Part shown: positions 50,663 through 61,800 of the stretch, piece after piece
Layout: each line of letters starts with the position of its first letter
Position numbering within the stretch: position 1 is the first letter of the stretch
DNA from: Amphiscolops sp. MND2022
Taxonomy: Eukaryota
Assembly (NCBI GenBank): GCA_964187785.1
Contig: OZ076413.1
Coordinates: 49,726,001-49,790,000 of the forward strand
Length of the DNA stretch: 64,000 nt
Direction of reading: 5' to 3'
The notes under the pieces: model-generated
The model's database searches: none
Told to the model about the DNA's origin: nothing
The model's input: only the letters and a program-made list of their open reading frames with translations
Program-made: the position numbers and the translations under genes

Positions 50663-51685
50663 GTGGATCTATCAAATTTTGTAACCTATGATAAAAAAGA
50701 ATCTCTTTTATTGAGTATTGCAAAATCTAATTTGGATATTGTTGAAAATACCTTATCCAAACCTCAGGAAACTTTAGAATTTAAAATGAATAAACAAAAA
50801 GAATCTTTTTCATTCGATGTTCCCTTGGAGCTGCCAGAACAATGGATGATGGGAGTAACAAGTTTAGAAGTATACAACACTGTATAAAACATTACTGAAA
50901 AGAATAACAAACTTAAAATCCTTCTAAAAGACGAACAACTCAAATCATTAAACGTTGACACTCAATTAGTAATGAATGTTGAGTATTTATATAAAATCTC
51001 TGATGTGCAAAGCACCTCCGGTATAGGAAAAATTAATAATTTTATAGTTGATAGTTATTCTAAAAATAAGAAACTTATCAAAAAAGATTTTGATCAACTA
51101 AAGAAAATAATTATTCAATTTAATCAAAATATTAAAGATAAAATAATTATTCCTTAATTTGGAATTGAAAATGATTTCGTTGAAATTGAATTACCACCAG
51201 GAGTATATGAATTAGTTGATACAAATGGAATTATGAAACAAAAACTTTCTGATAGTGATTTTGGATTTGAATTCAACATTGAATCAGATACAATATCAAT
51301 GAAATCAGTTTTAACAACTTCTAACCCCATTTATTTTATTTCAAAATTAAATGAACTTCTAGGATTCACAGATACAAACTATATAGATGGAACTCATATA
51401 TCAGAAAAACCAGTTATGATAACAACGACAGACAAAGTTCATCTTAAATGTGATTGTGTAGATGGTTCAATTGTTAATGGTATACGAGAACAATTTTTAT
51501 TTTCATTTAATCTTAGTGCTCCTCCCGGATATAAAAATATAAAAGAACCCAATATTATTTTGTATAAAAAAATAAACAAAACAAGGTTAGATAGTATTCA
51601 ATTTTTCCTTGATGATAACAATCATAACCCAGTTGATTTCAACGGGGAGACATTAACCTTTACAATTCAAATCATCAAGATTTAA
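50663..51685 (+). pseudogene. Minor capsid protein (penton), two in-frame TAA stops
   Basis: ORF pieces at 50663, 50972 and 51233 share one frame. LEVYNTV.NIT, IELPPGVYEL, LLGF, HLKCDCVDGSIVNG, PPGYK, VDFNGE.LTF are typical of Polinton single-jelly-roll pentons. Confidence 0.85.
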
Positions 51686-51694
51686 TTCTATTAA

Positions 51695-52096
51695 ATGAGC
51701 TTCAGTAAATTTAAAAATAATTCATATTGTGTTGGTGGAAAACATTATTCCACTACCATAAATATTCGTGGAGATATTACTCAAAATAAAAAAACAGGAG
51801 CAGCTGTTAAATTATCAAGAGGTACTTGTTCAACTTGTAAAAAAAATAAATCACTTCTAGTATCTGATCAAACTATACAAGCAGAAGGATTAGGTGACTT
51901 TTTCCGAGGTATAGGAAAAGCCGCCAAGAGTGTCGGAAAGAAAATTTTAAACAATCCTGGAAGAGCATTAGAACTCGCAGCTAATATTGGTACAGCAGCA
52001 GCAAGTAAAAATCCTCGAATGATAGCAGCAACTGCTCCTGATATTATAAAATTTGTTCATCAAGGAAAAGGTCTGTACTTGGGTAAAATTCATTGA
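51695..52096 (+). CDS. Putative core/membrane-lytic protein: zinc-ribbon-like N-terminus plus amphipathic helix
   Basis: YCVGGKH...GTCSTCKKNKS followed by EGLGDFFRGIGKAAKSVGKKIL. Confidence 0.6.
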   Translation: MSFSKFKNNSYCVGGKHYSTTINIRGDITQNKKTGAAVKLSRGTCSTCKKNKSLLVSDQTIQAEGLGDFFRGIGKAAKSVGKKILNNPGRALELAANIGTAAASKNPRMIAATAPDIIKFVHQGKGLYLGKIH

Positions 52097-52145
52097 TTTA
52101 CAGCCGAGCTGTAAATTAAATATTATTTTTTATGAATAATAAATT

Positions 52146-53120
52146 ATGTATTCAATTCATAATCGAGATGATTTAGAGAAATTAAAAAAATTGCAAGAAA
52201 CAAAATCTTCTTTGAAAGCTGAAAGATTAAAAGAGAAACTAGGGAAGCAAGACTTTCACTATGATATGGAAGAAGTTTTTGAACCCGTAACAGAAAACCA
52301 GAAAAAAAGCCAAAACCAAACCAAGCTAGAATCTGAAAAACAATTACAATCGTTACGTGATTCTACTCAAACTACAACACAAGCAATACGAGAATCGAGT
52401 AACGCTTTGAATAAAAATTTACAAAAATCGAATAAAGAATATGATGAAATTACTTACCGTAATAATCAACTTGTTACAGATCTTGTGAATTCCAACCAAG
52501 TTGATTCTACTATAATCAAGACAGTTTCTAATTTACTTAATGACAAAAACAAAAGTCAATTTAGTTTAGAACCTGTTACGCAAAGCGGTGAAGGTAATCC
52601 AAATTTATTCATAATTAACCCTATTAATCCTCAACAAGTACTAATTAAAAATAATACACTAACCTTCTTGAGTAGTGGTAACAAATATAATTTAAATAAT
52701 CCCGATCTTCAATATTTTATAACTAATGCACAGCTAGACACGCAACCACAAAACGTGAATCTATTTTATTCTTTTTTAAATGATATGAAATATAATATAA
52801 ATTATGGAGATAAAAAATCAAAGAGATATTATTTCATTAAAGATTTAATTAATCAATACATATATCAACATATTCCTTATCATTTATCCCAATTAGGAAG
52901 TGGATTTAATCAGTATGTCTTCCTTCCATCGGATCCTGATGAGCTTGTAGATCAATTAAAACTACTTTATTTTGAAAAAGTAGGAGGAAATGATAATCCT
53001 ATGCTTAGTGAACAAATCATAGCAATTGCTGATAAACTTTTACAATACCAATGTATTACAACAAATCAACATCAAAACCTAGTAAGCACATTTACTAAAA
53101 AGGATCAGTTTGTGGATTAA
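52146..53120 (+). CDS. Conserved uncharacterised Polinton protein
   Basis: N-terminal coiled coil (EEVFEPVT) and C-terminal GSG...YVFLPSDPDELVDQLKLL...GGND...EQIIAI.DKL, a motif I recognise from Maverick ORFs. Confidence 0.7.
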   Translation: MYSIHNRDDLEKLKKLQETKSSLKAERLKEKLGKQDFHYDMEEVFEPVTENQKKSQNQTKLESEKQLQSLRDSTQTTTQAIRESSNALNKNLQKSNKEYDEITYRNNQLVTDLVNSNQVDSTIIKTVSNLLNDKNKSQFSLEPVTQSGEGNPNLFIINPINPQQVLIKNNTLTFLSSGNKYNLNNPDLQYFITNAQLDTQPQNVNLFYSFLNDMKYNINYGDKKSKRYYFIKDLINQYIYQHIPYHLSQLGSGFNQYVFLPSDPDELVDQLKLLYFEKVGGNDNPMLSEQIIAIADKLLQYQCITTNQHQNLVSTFTKKDQFVD

Positions 53121-54047
53121 ATATCTGGTATTGCAGATTGGATTCATTACATATCATATACTTACTCCCATTTTTATCTTCTAACCTATTTATTAATAAA
53201 TAATTATACGGATCCCGCCATGCTTCTCTGCATAAACTTTTGAATTCATCATTAGACATATCAAAACCTGCTATGTCTCTATAAATGTGTTCTACATCTT
53301 TCAATGTTTGTTGAAATAAAATTATAATATTACTATTGTTTCTAATTGTTCTTTTAGGTAAATCAAAGTATGACTGTGATAAATAATAAACATCCAGATC
53401 ATTATGTCTTCCCCTAGTAAAAAAGGATCTATTGATTTCTGATTGGAGTCTAACATATCATCAAATACAACACAACAATTTTGAAAATCTTGAAAACTTT
53501 TATCACCTAAATCTTCTTCCACTGAAACATCTTCTATTTCAATTTTATTGTATTGTTCCGGACTCCTCGTAATGATACATATCTTTTGTTCAGGATTATC
53601 TAAACGAATTAATTGTAATTTGTTTAATAACAAATGGGTCTTACCACAAAATGATGGACCAACTATCAATGTTCGATTACAGCTTTGCTGGCCTCCGGTG
53701 AACATAATATTATCATTATTATCAGTATCATCATTTGTAATAATATTATTTGTATAATTATTATTATCATGATTTTCATTATGATTTATAATTTCATTAT
53801 TTGTATTATCGTGATTGATATTACATCTTTTTAAATGTTTTGATAAATAAGTTTTATTTGATTCTTTATTACAGAATTCACATTTTACTTTTTTATTGAA
53901 ACATTCTATACATGTACTATACAATTTACCATTTCTATATTTATAAAAATCTGTTTTCAATATATTACACACTTTACATCTTTTTTTATTCTCACAATCG
54001 GAGCAAACAGATTTTTCATTACTTTTTCCACAAATTATACTCTTCAT
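53095..54047 (-). pseudogene. Packaging ATPase 1 (FtsK-HerA/A32 family) with N-terminal zinc fingers; 1-nt frameshift in a T-run
   Basis: Walker A GPSFCGKT, Walker B CCVVFDD; after the frameshift at ~53420: FTRGRH...YYLSQSYFDLPKRTIRNNSN. Confidence 0.88.
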
Positions 54048-54071
54048 TTATTTAGTAAAAAATCACTAAAA

Positions 54072-54161
54072 CACTCAGCAAATTCACTAAGAGCACATCT
54101 TCTCAAGTGTAACCTTATTTGCTTAGTGAAAATTATATGCTCTTAGTGAATTTGCTTAGTG
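54072..54161. promoter_or_regulatory. Intergenic 24-bp inverted repeat with CACTAA/TTAGTG array
   Basis: CACTCAGCAAATTCACTAAGAGCA (54072-54095) versus TGCTCTTAGTGAATTTGCTTAGTG (54138-54161), 23/24 complementary. Regulatory role is inferred only. Confidence 0.55.
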
Positions 54162-54190
54162 ATTTTTTACTAAGAAATCAGACCCATTTT

Positions 54191-55222
54191 TCAATTACTT
54201 TTACTAAACCTGATTGCTTGATCAATTATAATTTTCTTAAATTCATCTTTAAGTTGATCTGAAATTAGTGGTTGTTGCATGCGTTCAACGTAGTTGTCTA
54301 TTTTAGATTCATTCACTTTTATTTTATTTTGTTTACAATAATATACATAATAATAAGCTACATTAAAAGGTGTTATTTCAATTGTTTGATCTGACATATC
54401 TTCTAGGAATATTTTAAGTTTATTATATTCTTCACCTGTAAAGAAATAACTTTCATATTTTACATAATCCTCGGGACCCCATTTATGTTTAGTTGTATCG
54501 TAGACTAGTTGGTATTTGTGGTTGAGTTTTTTATACTTTTGTGTTCTAGTATCAAATTCAATTACACCAAATTCTAACTGACTACGATATTGTTTCGATT
54601 TGAGATCTTCTTTGATTGAATAAGTTAGTATTATGGTTTCAAAGAAACTATCTGGATTATTTATTGTGATATATAATTTAAAACAATTCTCTCTCACTAT
54701 TGGGAGAACATCCTTTGCATAGTGAGCAAGGTATAGAACTTGTATATTATTGTGTCTACCAAACCGAAATAAGTCTTCTACTTTAGTTCTGAGTTGTTTG
54801 AATGCTCCTGCATCATCTAAAATTATAGTTCTATTAGCAAATTTCTCTATTTCAATATTTTCTAACTGTAACAAAGGTTTATAATTATCTTTAAACTCAG
54901 TCTCATCTCTACCGAATACTATAAAATCGTTTTTAGTTTGATCTAAATAATACTTAAGGAAACTAGTCTTACCTGATCCACTAGTACCATATATTAAAAA
55001 GTGACTATTTGTACTTGTGTTTGGTGGAGTAAGTTCTTGTTCTTCTCCTTTGTTAGTTACCGGAGGGCAGCTTCACTGTAAATGAGAATATTTAAATCCC
55101 TTGAATTGTTTTAGTTTTTGGTAAATTTTTTTATCATAATTAGGTTTAATATAATACTAATACACCCACAAAATTATAATAAAAATTACACATAATAAAC
55201 CTATATATTATTTTTTATTCAT
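54191..55222 (-). pseudogene. ATPase 2 (FtsK-HerA-like) with an N-terminal hydrophobic helix; three in-frame stops near the 5' end
   Basis: Manual translation from ATG 55222: MNKK*YIGLLCVIFIIILWVY*YYIKP...HFLIYGTSGSGKT, in frame with TIILDD and LFRFGRH...YLAH of the ORF-track ORF. Confidence 0.82.
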
Positions 55223-55236
55223 TTATTAGGAAATAA

Positions 55237-56126
55237 ATGAAAGAAAAGAAAGAAATTGTTAAAGAAATATTCTCTCCTGTAATAAAAAAGTTTGATCGCA
55301 TTAAAATAATTCCCCATTATAAAGATGAATGTTGGAGTATCGATCTGATAGACAGGGCTAGCTTATCAAAATATAATTAAAACTACAAGTTCATTTTTAC
55401 AATAATTGATAACTATACTAAATATGCATGGGCGATTCCTCTTAAAGATAAATCAGGAAGAAGTACAACAACTGCATTAAAAAGTCTTATCGAAAAAGCA
55501 AAAAGAAAACCTGATAAAATTTGGTCAGATAGAGGTAAAGAGTTTTATAATAAAACATTTTTAGATTTTCTTAATCAAAATGAAATTCAAATTTATTCAA
55601 CTAATTCAGATTTAAAAGCTGTTTTTGTTGAACGCTTCAATAGAACATTATTAGATCTAATAAAAAACCAGTGTATATTGAAGGTAAAGCTTGTTGGTTG
55701 AATCATCTAGATACTGCTATGGAAAAATATAATAATCGTGTGCATGGAACTACTAAGATGACACCTTTTGAAATGTCAACTAATCAAAAACTAATACCTA
55801 ACAATACCGAAGGCGCTCTGCGTAATAAGTTTAAAAACACCGAAGGCGCTTTGCGTAAACAACCCAAATTCCAAGTGGGAGACTATGTAAGAGTTCCTGA
55901 TAAACGCAATTTATATAGTAAAGGTTATACAACAAATTGGAATAGAGAACTTTTTAAAATACATAAAATTAATCCAACTAACCCAGTTACGTATGGTTTA
56001 GTAGATGAAAACAACGAACAAATAGATGGAAAGTATTATGAACAAGAACTTTTAAGAAGTGTATTCAACTTTGACTCTAACAACAAAACGTTAGAAAGTA
56101 TGAATATTTTCCATCGTTATGAGTAA
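55237..56126 (+). pseudogene. Retroviral-type DDE integrase of the Polinton (stop at 55378, frameshift ~55665)
   Basis: WSIDLID...IIDNYTKYAWAIPLKDK...WSDRGKEFYN...VERFNRT...YNNRVH...KMTP...KFQVGDYVR...KGYTTNW.RELF; no chromodomain seen. Confidence 0.92.
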
Positions 56127-56143
56127 TTATATTTAAATAAATA

Positions 56144-56857
56144 ATGTCGATTCATAAATTTGGTTATAGTGCCGAGAGCCTACAAAAAGACAAGATTGAG
56201 AATTTAGAAAAAGAGTTTGAATCTCAAACCAAATTAATTAATATAAAACTTAATGATTTACAAAGCACCTTTGGTGATAAATTAAAAAAGTTCAATAACT
56301 TGCAAAACATAGAAGAAATTCAATTTACCAACGATGAAACAAAAATCGTAGTCAATGCAAAGTTATTCTTAGACATTAACAAGAGTATAGAAGATATAAA
56401 AATAAATTTGAAATATTTAGAACAAGATGTTAAAAATAAATTTTTAGAAAAGAAAAAAGAAATAATTTTGGAAGCTGCCAAGTTAGTGGAAGAACAACAA
56501 ACCATTTTACGTAATCATTTTGAGAGAAACCTTATTTCGGAAATGGAAAAATGTAAAAATCAAGCAGTCAAAGATACTATTCAATTACTATACAACAAAG
56601 GATTGTTTGACTCGTTTGAAAATAAAGACCAAATCTTTAATGAGTACTTATATTTTAGTGATGAATACTTGTTGGAAAAATACGGAAAAGAAATAAAGAC
56701 ATCAGATGGTGTATATTATTTATCTGATTTAGACCATTCAACGCGAGAAGATATTTTGAAGTGCTTAAAAATAGATGAATACAAAGATAATGTTGATCTT
56801 AAATATAGAATGAAACTAACGGATACTGAGATAAAGTTTATACTTTTTGAAAACTAA
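56144..56857 (+). CDS. Coiled-coil hypothetical Polinton protein (237 aa)
   Basis: Intact ORF with E/K/N-rich heptads; no recognised domain. Confidence 0.6.
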   Translation: MSIHKFGYSAESLQKDKIENLEKEFESQTKLINIKLNDLQSTFGDKLKKFNNLQNIEEIQFTNDETKIVVNAKLFLDINKSIEDIKINLKYLEQDVKNKFLEKKKEIILEAAKLVEEQQTILRNHFERNLISEMEKCKNQAVKDTIQLLYNKGLFDSFENKDQIFNEYLYFSDEYLLEKYGKEIKTSDGVYYLSDLDHSTREDILKCLKIDEYKDNVDLKYRMKLTDTEIKFILFEN

Positions 56858-56888
56858 TTTGTAAAATTAAGTTTTTATTTAAAATTAA

Positions 56889-57425
56889 ATGAGTGAAAAA
56901 TTGTATCCTTGTTTACGTGAATCAGATAATCTTGATAAGGGATCTCTGGATATGCGATTGAAAGAAATAAATAGTTTCAATAATTCAATTCAAAATATAA
57001 AAGATATTCAAAATTTTTATAATCATGAAGCTAAAAAGTATAAAAAGAAATCTAAAATATATAAACTTATAAACGGTTTAATTCAATCTATTGATGGAGT
57101 TTCAGTACTAGCAGTATCATCAACATGTGTCACGTTAAGTGTCACAGGAGTTGGACTTGTTGTTGTACCTATAGCAAGTGGTATAGGTGCAGGTTTATGT
57201 ATATTCAGTAAAATTGCTGGAGAGTACCTGAAAAGAAAAGAACAACACAATATTAAAAAATATACTCTTGCTGGTAGAACACTACACGACTACCAAAAAC
57301 TACATTCAAAATGTATAGAAGACAATAAAAATGATCTGAGTGAATACAACAAATTAAAACAAACTTACGATCTATATAAAACAAATAAAACTAAACTCAA
57401 TTCTGAGTTTACTTTTTTAGGATAA
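56889..57425 (+). CDS. Predicted membrane protein with a long Gly/Val/Ala hydrophobic hairpin
   Basis: LYP...RLKEI...KKYKK...GVSVLAVSSTCVTLSVTGVGLVVVPIASGIGAGLCIFS; similar ORFs are common in adintoviruses/Mavericks. Confidence 0.7.
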   Translation: MSEKLYPCLRESDNLDKGSLDMRLKEINSFNNSIQNIKDIQNFYNHEAKKYKKKSKIYKLINGLIQSIDGVSVLAVSSTCVTLSVTGVGLVVVPIASGIGAGLCIFSKIAGEYLKRKEQHNIKKYTLAGRTLHDYQKLHSKCIEDNKNDLSEYNKLKQTYDLYKTNKTKLNSEFTFLG

Positions 57426-57485
57426 ATTTATTTAGTAAAAATAAAATCAGTATAAAATTTAAATCCTAATTTTTATTCCTATTTA

Positions 57486-58715
57486 ATGGAAATATTTTCA
57501 TTGAAAAATAAATATGCTATGGATAAACCTATTCATAAAATTGATTTTATTAAATATAGTCCAAATAGTTTAGCTACAATCAACAATAATAATTCAAACA
57601 TTTCCATCATCTTCCCAAGAGAAGATGCATATATTTGTTTACAAAACTCATACATATCATTAGAATTTGAAGTTCTTAAAAATGATGATACAAGATATGC
57701 TGATGGTGATCAAATAAATTTAGTTAATTTTGGACCTGTTGCTTTATTTAGTGAAGCTAAGTTAACTACTAGTTCAGGTAAACATTTAGAAAAAGTTGAT
57801 AATCTACACCCAATTTCATTGATGCATAAACTTTTAACATCTAATCAACAAACAAGTCAGTTAATGTATGGCTTTGAAGAATCACAAGCAACTAGAAGAC
57901 AAGAACTAACAACAAACAAAACAGAAAAAGGAACCTTTTTTGTTAGAATTAGGTTGAGTGATATATTTGGATTTGCTGATCAAGAAAAAATAACCTTTGG
58001 ATTGGGTTATACTCTTACTTTAAAACGAAATAATAATAATGACCCCATTATAAGGGACAATGGTGTAGATGCTGCAAAAATAAATATAAAAGACATCTCC
58101 TGGTACATTCCACACTACATACCATCAATGGAAAACCAACAACTCGTGATGGATCAAATATTAGACAAAGATCCAACTGAATTATATTACATGGAACGGA
58201 TTGTATTTAGAAAAGATGTTAACACAAATAATAATTGGACATTTGAATTAGGTAATAGTGGAGAATCAACACCAACTTTTGTAATTGTTGCTTTTCAAGC
58301 TAGAAATAAAATTGATTCACAAACACATGATAATGCAATATTTGATAGACTTCCAATTAGTAGTGGTGTTTGTAAAATAGGATCAGAAAAATATCCCGAT
58401 GATGGAATAGAATGTGATTTTGATAGAGATAAATATGATCAAGCATATAGTGAAATTGAAAACTTTTATTTGTTAAAAAGTGAAACTAATCTACTCAATC
58501 CGTTTATTGAATTGCATAAATTCAGGACAAGTTATAATTTCTATGTATTTGATTTATCCAAACAAAAAGATCCCATCGGGAGTCAACCTATTAGATTAGA
58601 ATTCAAATTTAATGCTGCCATTAATGTAGCAGATTATATAGCTTATGCCCTAGTCCTAACACCCAAGCTGATAAGTATCAGTAGTGATGGACAGAGGCAT
58701 TTTGATTTATTATGA
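57486..58715 (+). CDS. Major capsid protein (double jelly-roll), intact, 409 aa
   Basis: Beta-rich; NSYISLEF, LVNFGPVALFS, LSDIFGFA, ISWYIPH, PTFVIVAFQ, FD, KYP, FYVFDLSKQ, IRLEFKF pattern of Polinton MCPs; context supports the call. Confidence 0.88.
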   Translation: MEIFSLKNKYAMDKPIHKIDFIKYSPNSLATINNNNSNISIIFPREDAYICLQNSYISLEFEVLKNDDTRYADGDQINLVNFGPVALFSEAKLTTSSGKHLEKVDNLHPISLMHKLLTSNQQTSQLMYGFEESQATRRQELTTNKTEKGTFFVRIRLSDIFGFADQEKITFGLGYTLTLKRNNNNDPIIRDNGVDAAKINIKDISWYIPHYIPSMENQQLVMDQILDKDPTELYYMERIVFRKDVNTNNNWTFELGNSGESTPTFVIVAFQARNKIDSQTHDNAIFDRLPISSGVCKIGSEKYPDDGIECDFDRDKYDQAYSEIENFYLLKSETNLLNPFIELHKFRTSYNFYVFDLSKQKDPIGSQPIRLEFKFNAAINVADYIAYALVLTPKLISISSDGQRHFDLL

Positions 58716-58840
58716 ATAAATATAATTTAAATATATTAATACAGCTTTGCTGATATGATAAATAAATTTATAAAATAATATATTTATTTTTATAAAATGA
58801 TAATAATTATAAATATAAATTAAAAATTAAATATTTGTTT

Positions 58841-61800
58841 TTATAAAATATGTGCTCGATCACTTATCAACTTCACAAGTTGTTGATGGGTGAGTGCTTG
58901 TTTCCAATACCAAACACTCCAATTTATTTCTTCATCTGTTTTCTTGGTATTGTTATCATTTATAGTTACATCTTTATAATACAAACCAATTAATTTCAAA
59001 CAATATATACATGGACAATCGCCTTTTTGTGTGTGTTTATCCCATGGTAAACTTTGTATTGGATTTATATACAAACGTTTATCGTCAAAAGGATTCAAAG
59101 CTAGTTTGTTTTGTTTTTCAACTGTAAGGTTGTGTAAATTAGATCTAATTGATATATTTGTAGAACTTGATGTTTCTGAATTAAACAATGAATTTTTATA
59201 GTGTTCAAATTTGGGAGCTTTTTGTATTCCTTTTTGTTTCGCTTTTTGAACATTATTGTAACTAAAAGAATATGACTTTGATCGCAATGCTGTGAATGTA
59301 TCTAACACCAAAACTGGACTTGTTTCAATTTTCATTTTTCCTATAACTTTCTTGTTAATAGGATCATATAATTCATTAGATTTATCTAATTCACTGAAAT
59401 CAAATTCATCTTTGTTTTCTTGTAAAAAGTTTATTAGTTCTTGGTGGTTTGTATCAAAACTAAGTATGAAAGAATCTGTATCCATGTAGTGTAGTTGTAT
59501 GGATTGTTTCCAATATGGTTGTAATTTGTTATAATAAAATTCATACATTAATAGTTTTGACAACTCCAGAACTGTAAAACCTAAAGAAATTGGTTTATCA
59601 AAGACTGTTTTTTCTTTATCAAACTTGTACACACTAAACTTAGAATAATGATCCACAATGCCTTTGAAACTTAACTTGGATTGTCTTTTTTTTATTTGAT
59701 CTATTTGAGAATGATCAATGAATTCTAGATTGGTTCTATCTCTTACATTTTCCATTGTCTTACCAAAGAAAGCATTATTCATTAATTTGTACAGGTCTTT
59801 TTCAAAGTTTGTTTTCGCTACTGTGCGTTTCTGAGTATTATGATCGATATATTTACCTAACCATGGACTTTGCTTGTAGCGGTAGATTGTATGTATCTTC
59901 GTTACTTTCATCCCTTGGTTAAGATAAAACTTAAACATCCTATAATGTATCATATATTTCGATTTATTGGTTACATCACACATAAGTTTTGATGTTGGTT
60001 TGTAATTAGGTTGATTCACATTATTCATATAACCTGAGAATAAGTTTGGATCTGCTTTTGTTTGATACGGACAAAACGGAAAGTTTTTTGTTTTTTCTTT
60101 AATTTCTGCTGGATAAAGTAAATCACATTCTATAAAGAATCCATATTCATTATCATCAGGTATTTGTAATAAATCTTCTACTGATTGCTCTAGAATGTAA
60201 TTACACCGATTAAGAGGTAATATTTCGAATTCGCCAGTAGGAAGATATTGACTCATTGCCCATCCATATAGATTATTTGCATCGATATATAAGATTTGTT
60301 TATTTTCATTAGATTGCACGTGACGATCTCCCATTACACTTGAAATTCCTCCACGGATATTATTTTCAAGTAGTAGTAATAATTCTTTACCGGAGGGCAG
60401 CTTCGCTGTATCTTTTATAAAGTCTAACTTTATATTAGTCAACTTCAATCCTGCTTTCCATGTATAACCAGGTAGAGAGTAACTATACAAAGGATTAATT
60501 TTATATTCTCGTGTAGAACTTTTCACAAAGTTTTCGAATACATCAGCTAATTGAAGAACATCCATTTTTAAATATAACATTGTTAATTCTCTTCCATTTT
60601 CAATTTTATTTTTATCAATTAATTCTTGGGTTCTTTTTATATCATCATCTGATGGATAAGATTGTGTTAATGTTGACCAATAATCTTCTTTGGTTAGATT
60701 TAATGGTTCCTGAAAGTTATCAAGATTTAAGTATTCATATGGATAAGCTATATTCTTTTTAAATAAATCATCACTCATTCCTTCCAATTTCATGATAGGA
60801 AAATTGTCTAAACTCTTAACTAATTTATTTAAACTGGAAGAAAGAAATCGGTATGAATCTAAGAATCTCAAACAACCTTCTTGTACACTAACATAATTTT
60901 CCAGTGATTTTGGAATTATCGTTGGATTATAATTTTGATTGTATGCTTCGGTTAAGAGTTCTTCAAATATAAGATGACAATCATACCCAGAAAAGTTATG
61001 GAAAAATATAGGAATAAAACTTGATGACTTTTGTTTACAATTTATGTTACATATATTATGAGCTGCTCCTCTGTATTTTCCTGTTAGATGATCATGATCT
61101 CTAACTTTTTCACCTTCGAGTGGATTTTCACAAAGCCAACACTCCTCTGCAAGTTGAAATGATTCTTCCTCTTGAGGAGTTATTTCTAATTCTAAGTTTG
61201 TTTTAAAATAGTTATTTGCAATTTTTTCTAAAGTTAACATTCTATTTACAAACCACGTGGTACAATCTATTCCAAAGTATGAATAGTAATAATTTCCGAA
61301 TGGTGAAATTACATAATATCCTACTGCAATTGGAATTTGTTTAAATAATACTTTGGGGTTATTTTGAGGTTGATTAATACATTCAAAATCTGCATATACT
61401 CTTATTGGTACAGGAACTTTCATATGATAATCTTCGAACTTTAACTGATCCTTCCAACTGAATGTGATTTTAGTTGGTTGTTGTTTTATACATCTTTCCA
61501 TATGATCAATTAGAACTGGTTGTGAACTAAATGCTGTTAAACATCTCCTACATACATGTTTCATGTGTGAATCTTTATTTATTAAACAATGCAACTTTGT
61601 TATTAAACAATAGTGATTTTCATACAATAACAAATCTATTTGTGGTTGTAAGTAATTTTTGTTAACGTGGATTGGTGTTAGCACATTTCCTGTGAGTTCG
61701 AATACATTTATACACAGTCCAATATTTAAATTTTTAAACTTGGGAATATCTTTGACTTTCATAGGGAATTCTAAACCTTCTAGGTTGAATTTATCAAAAT

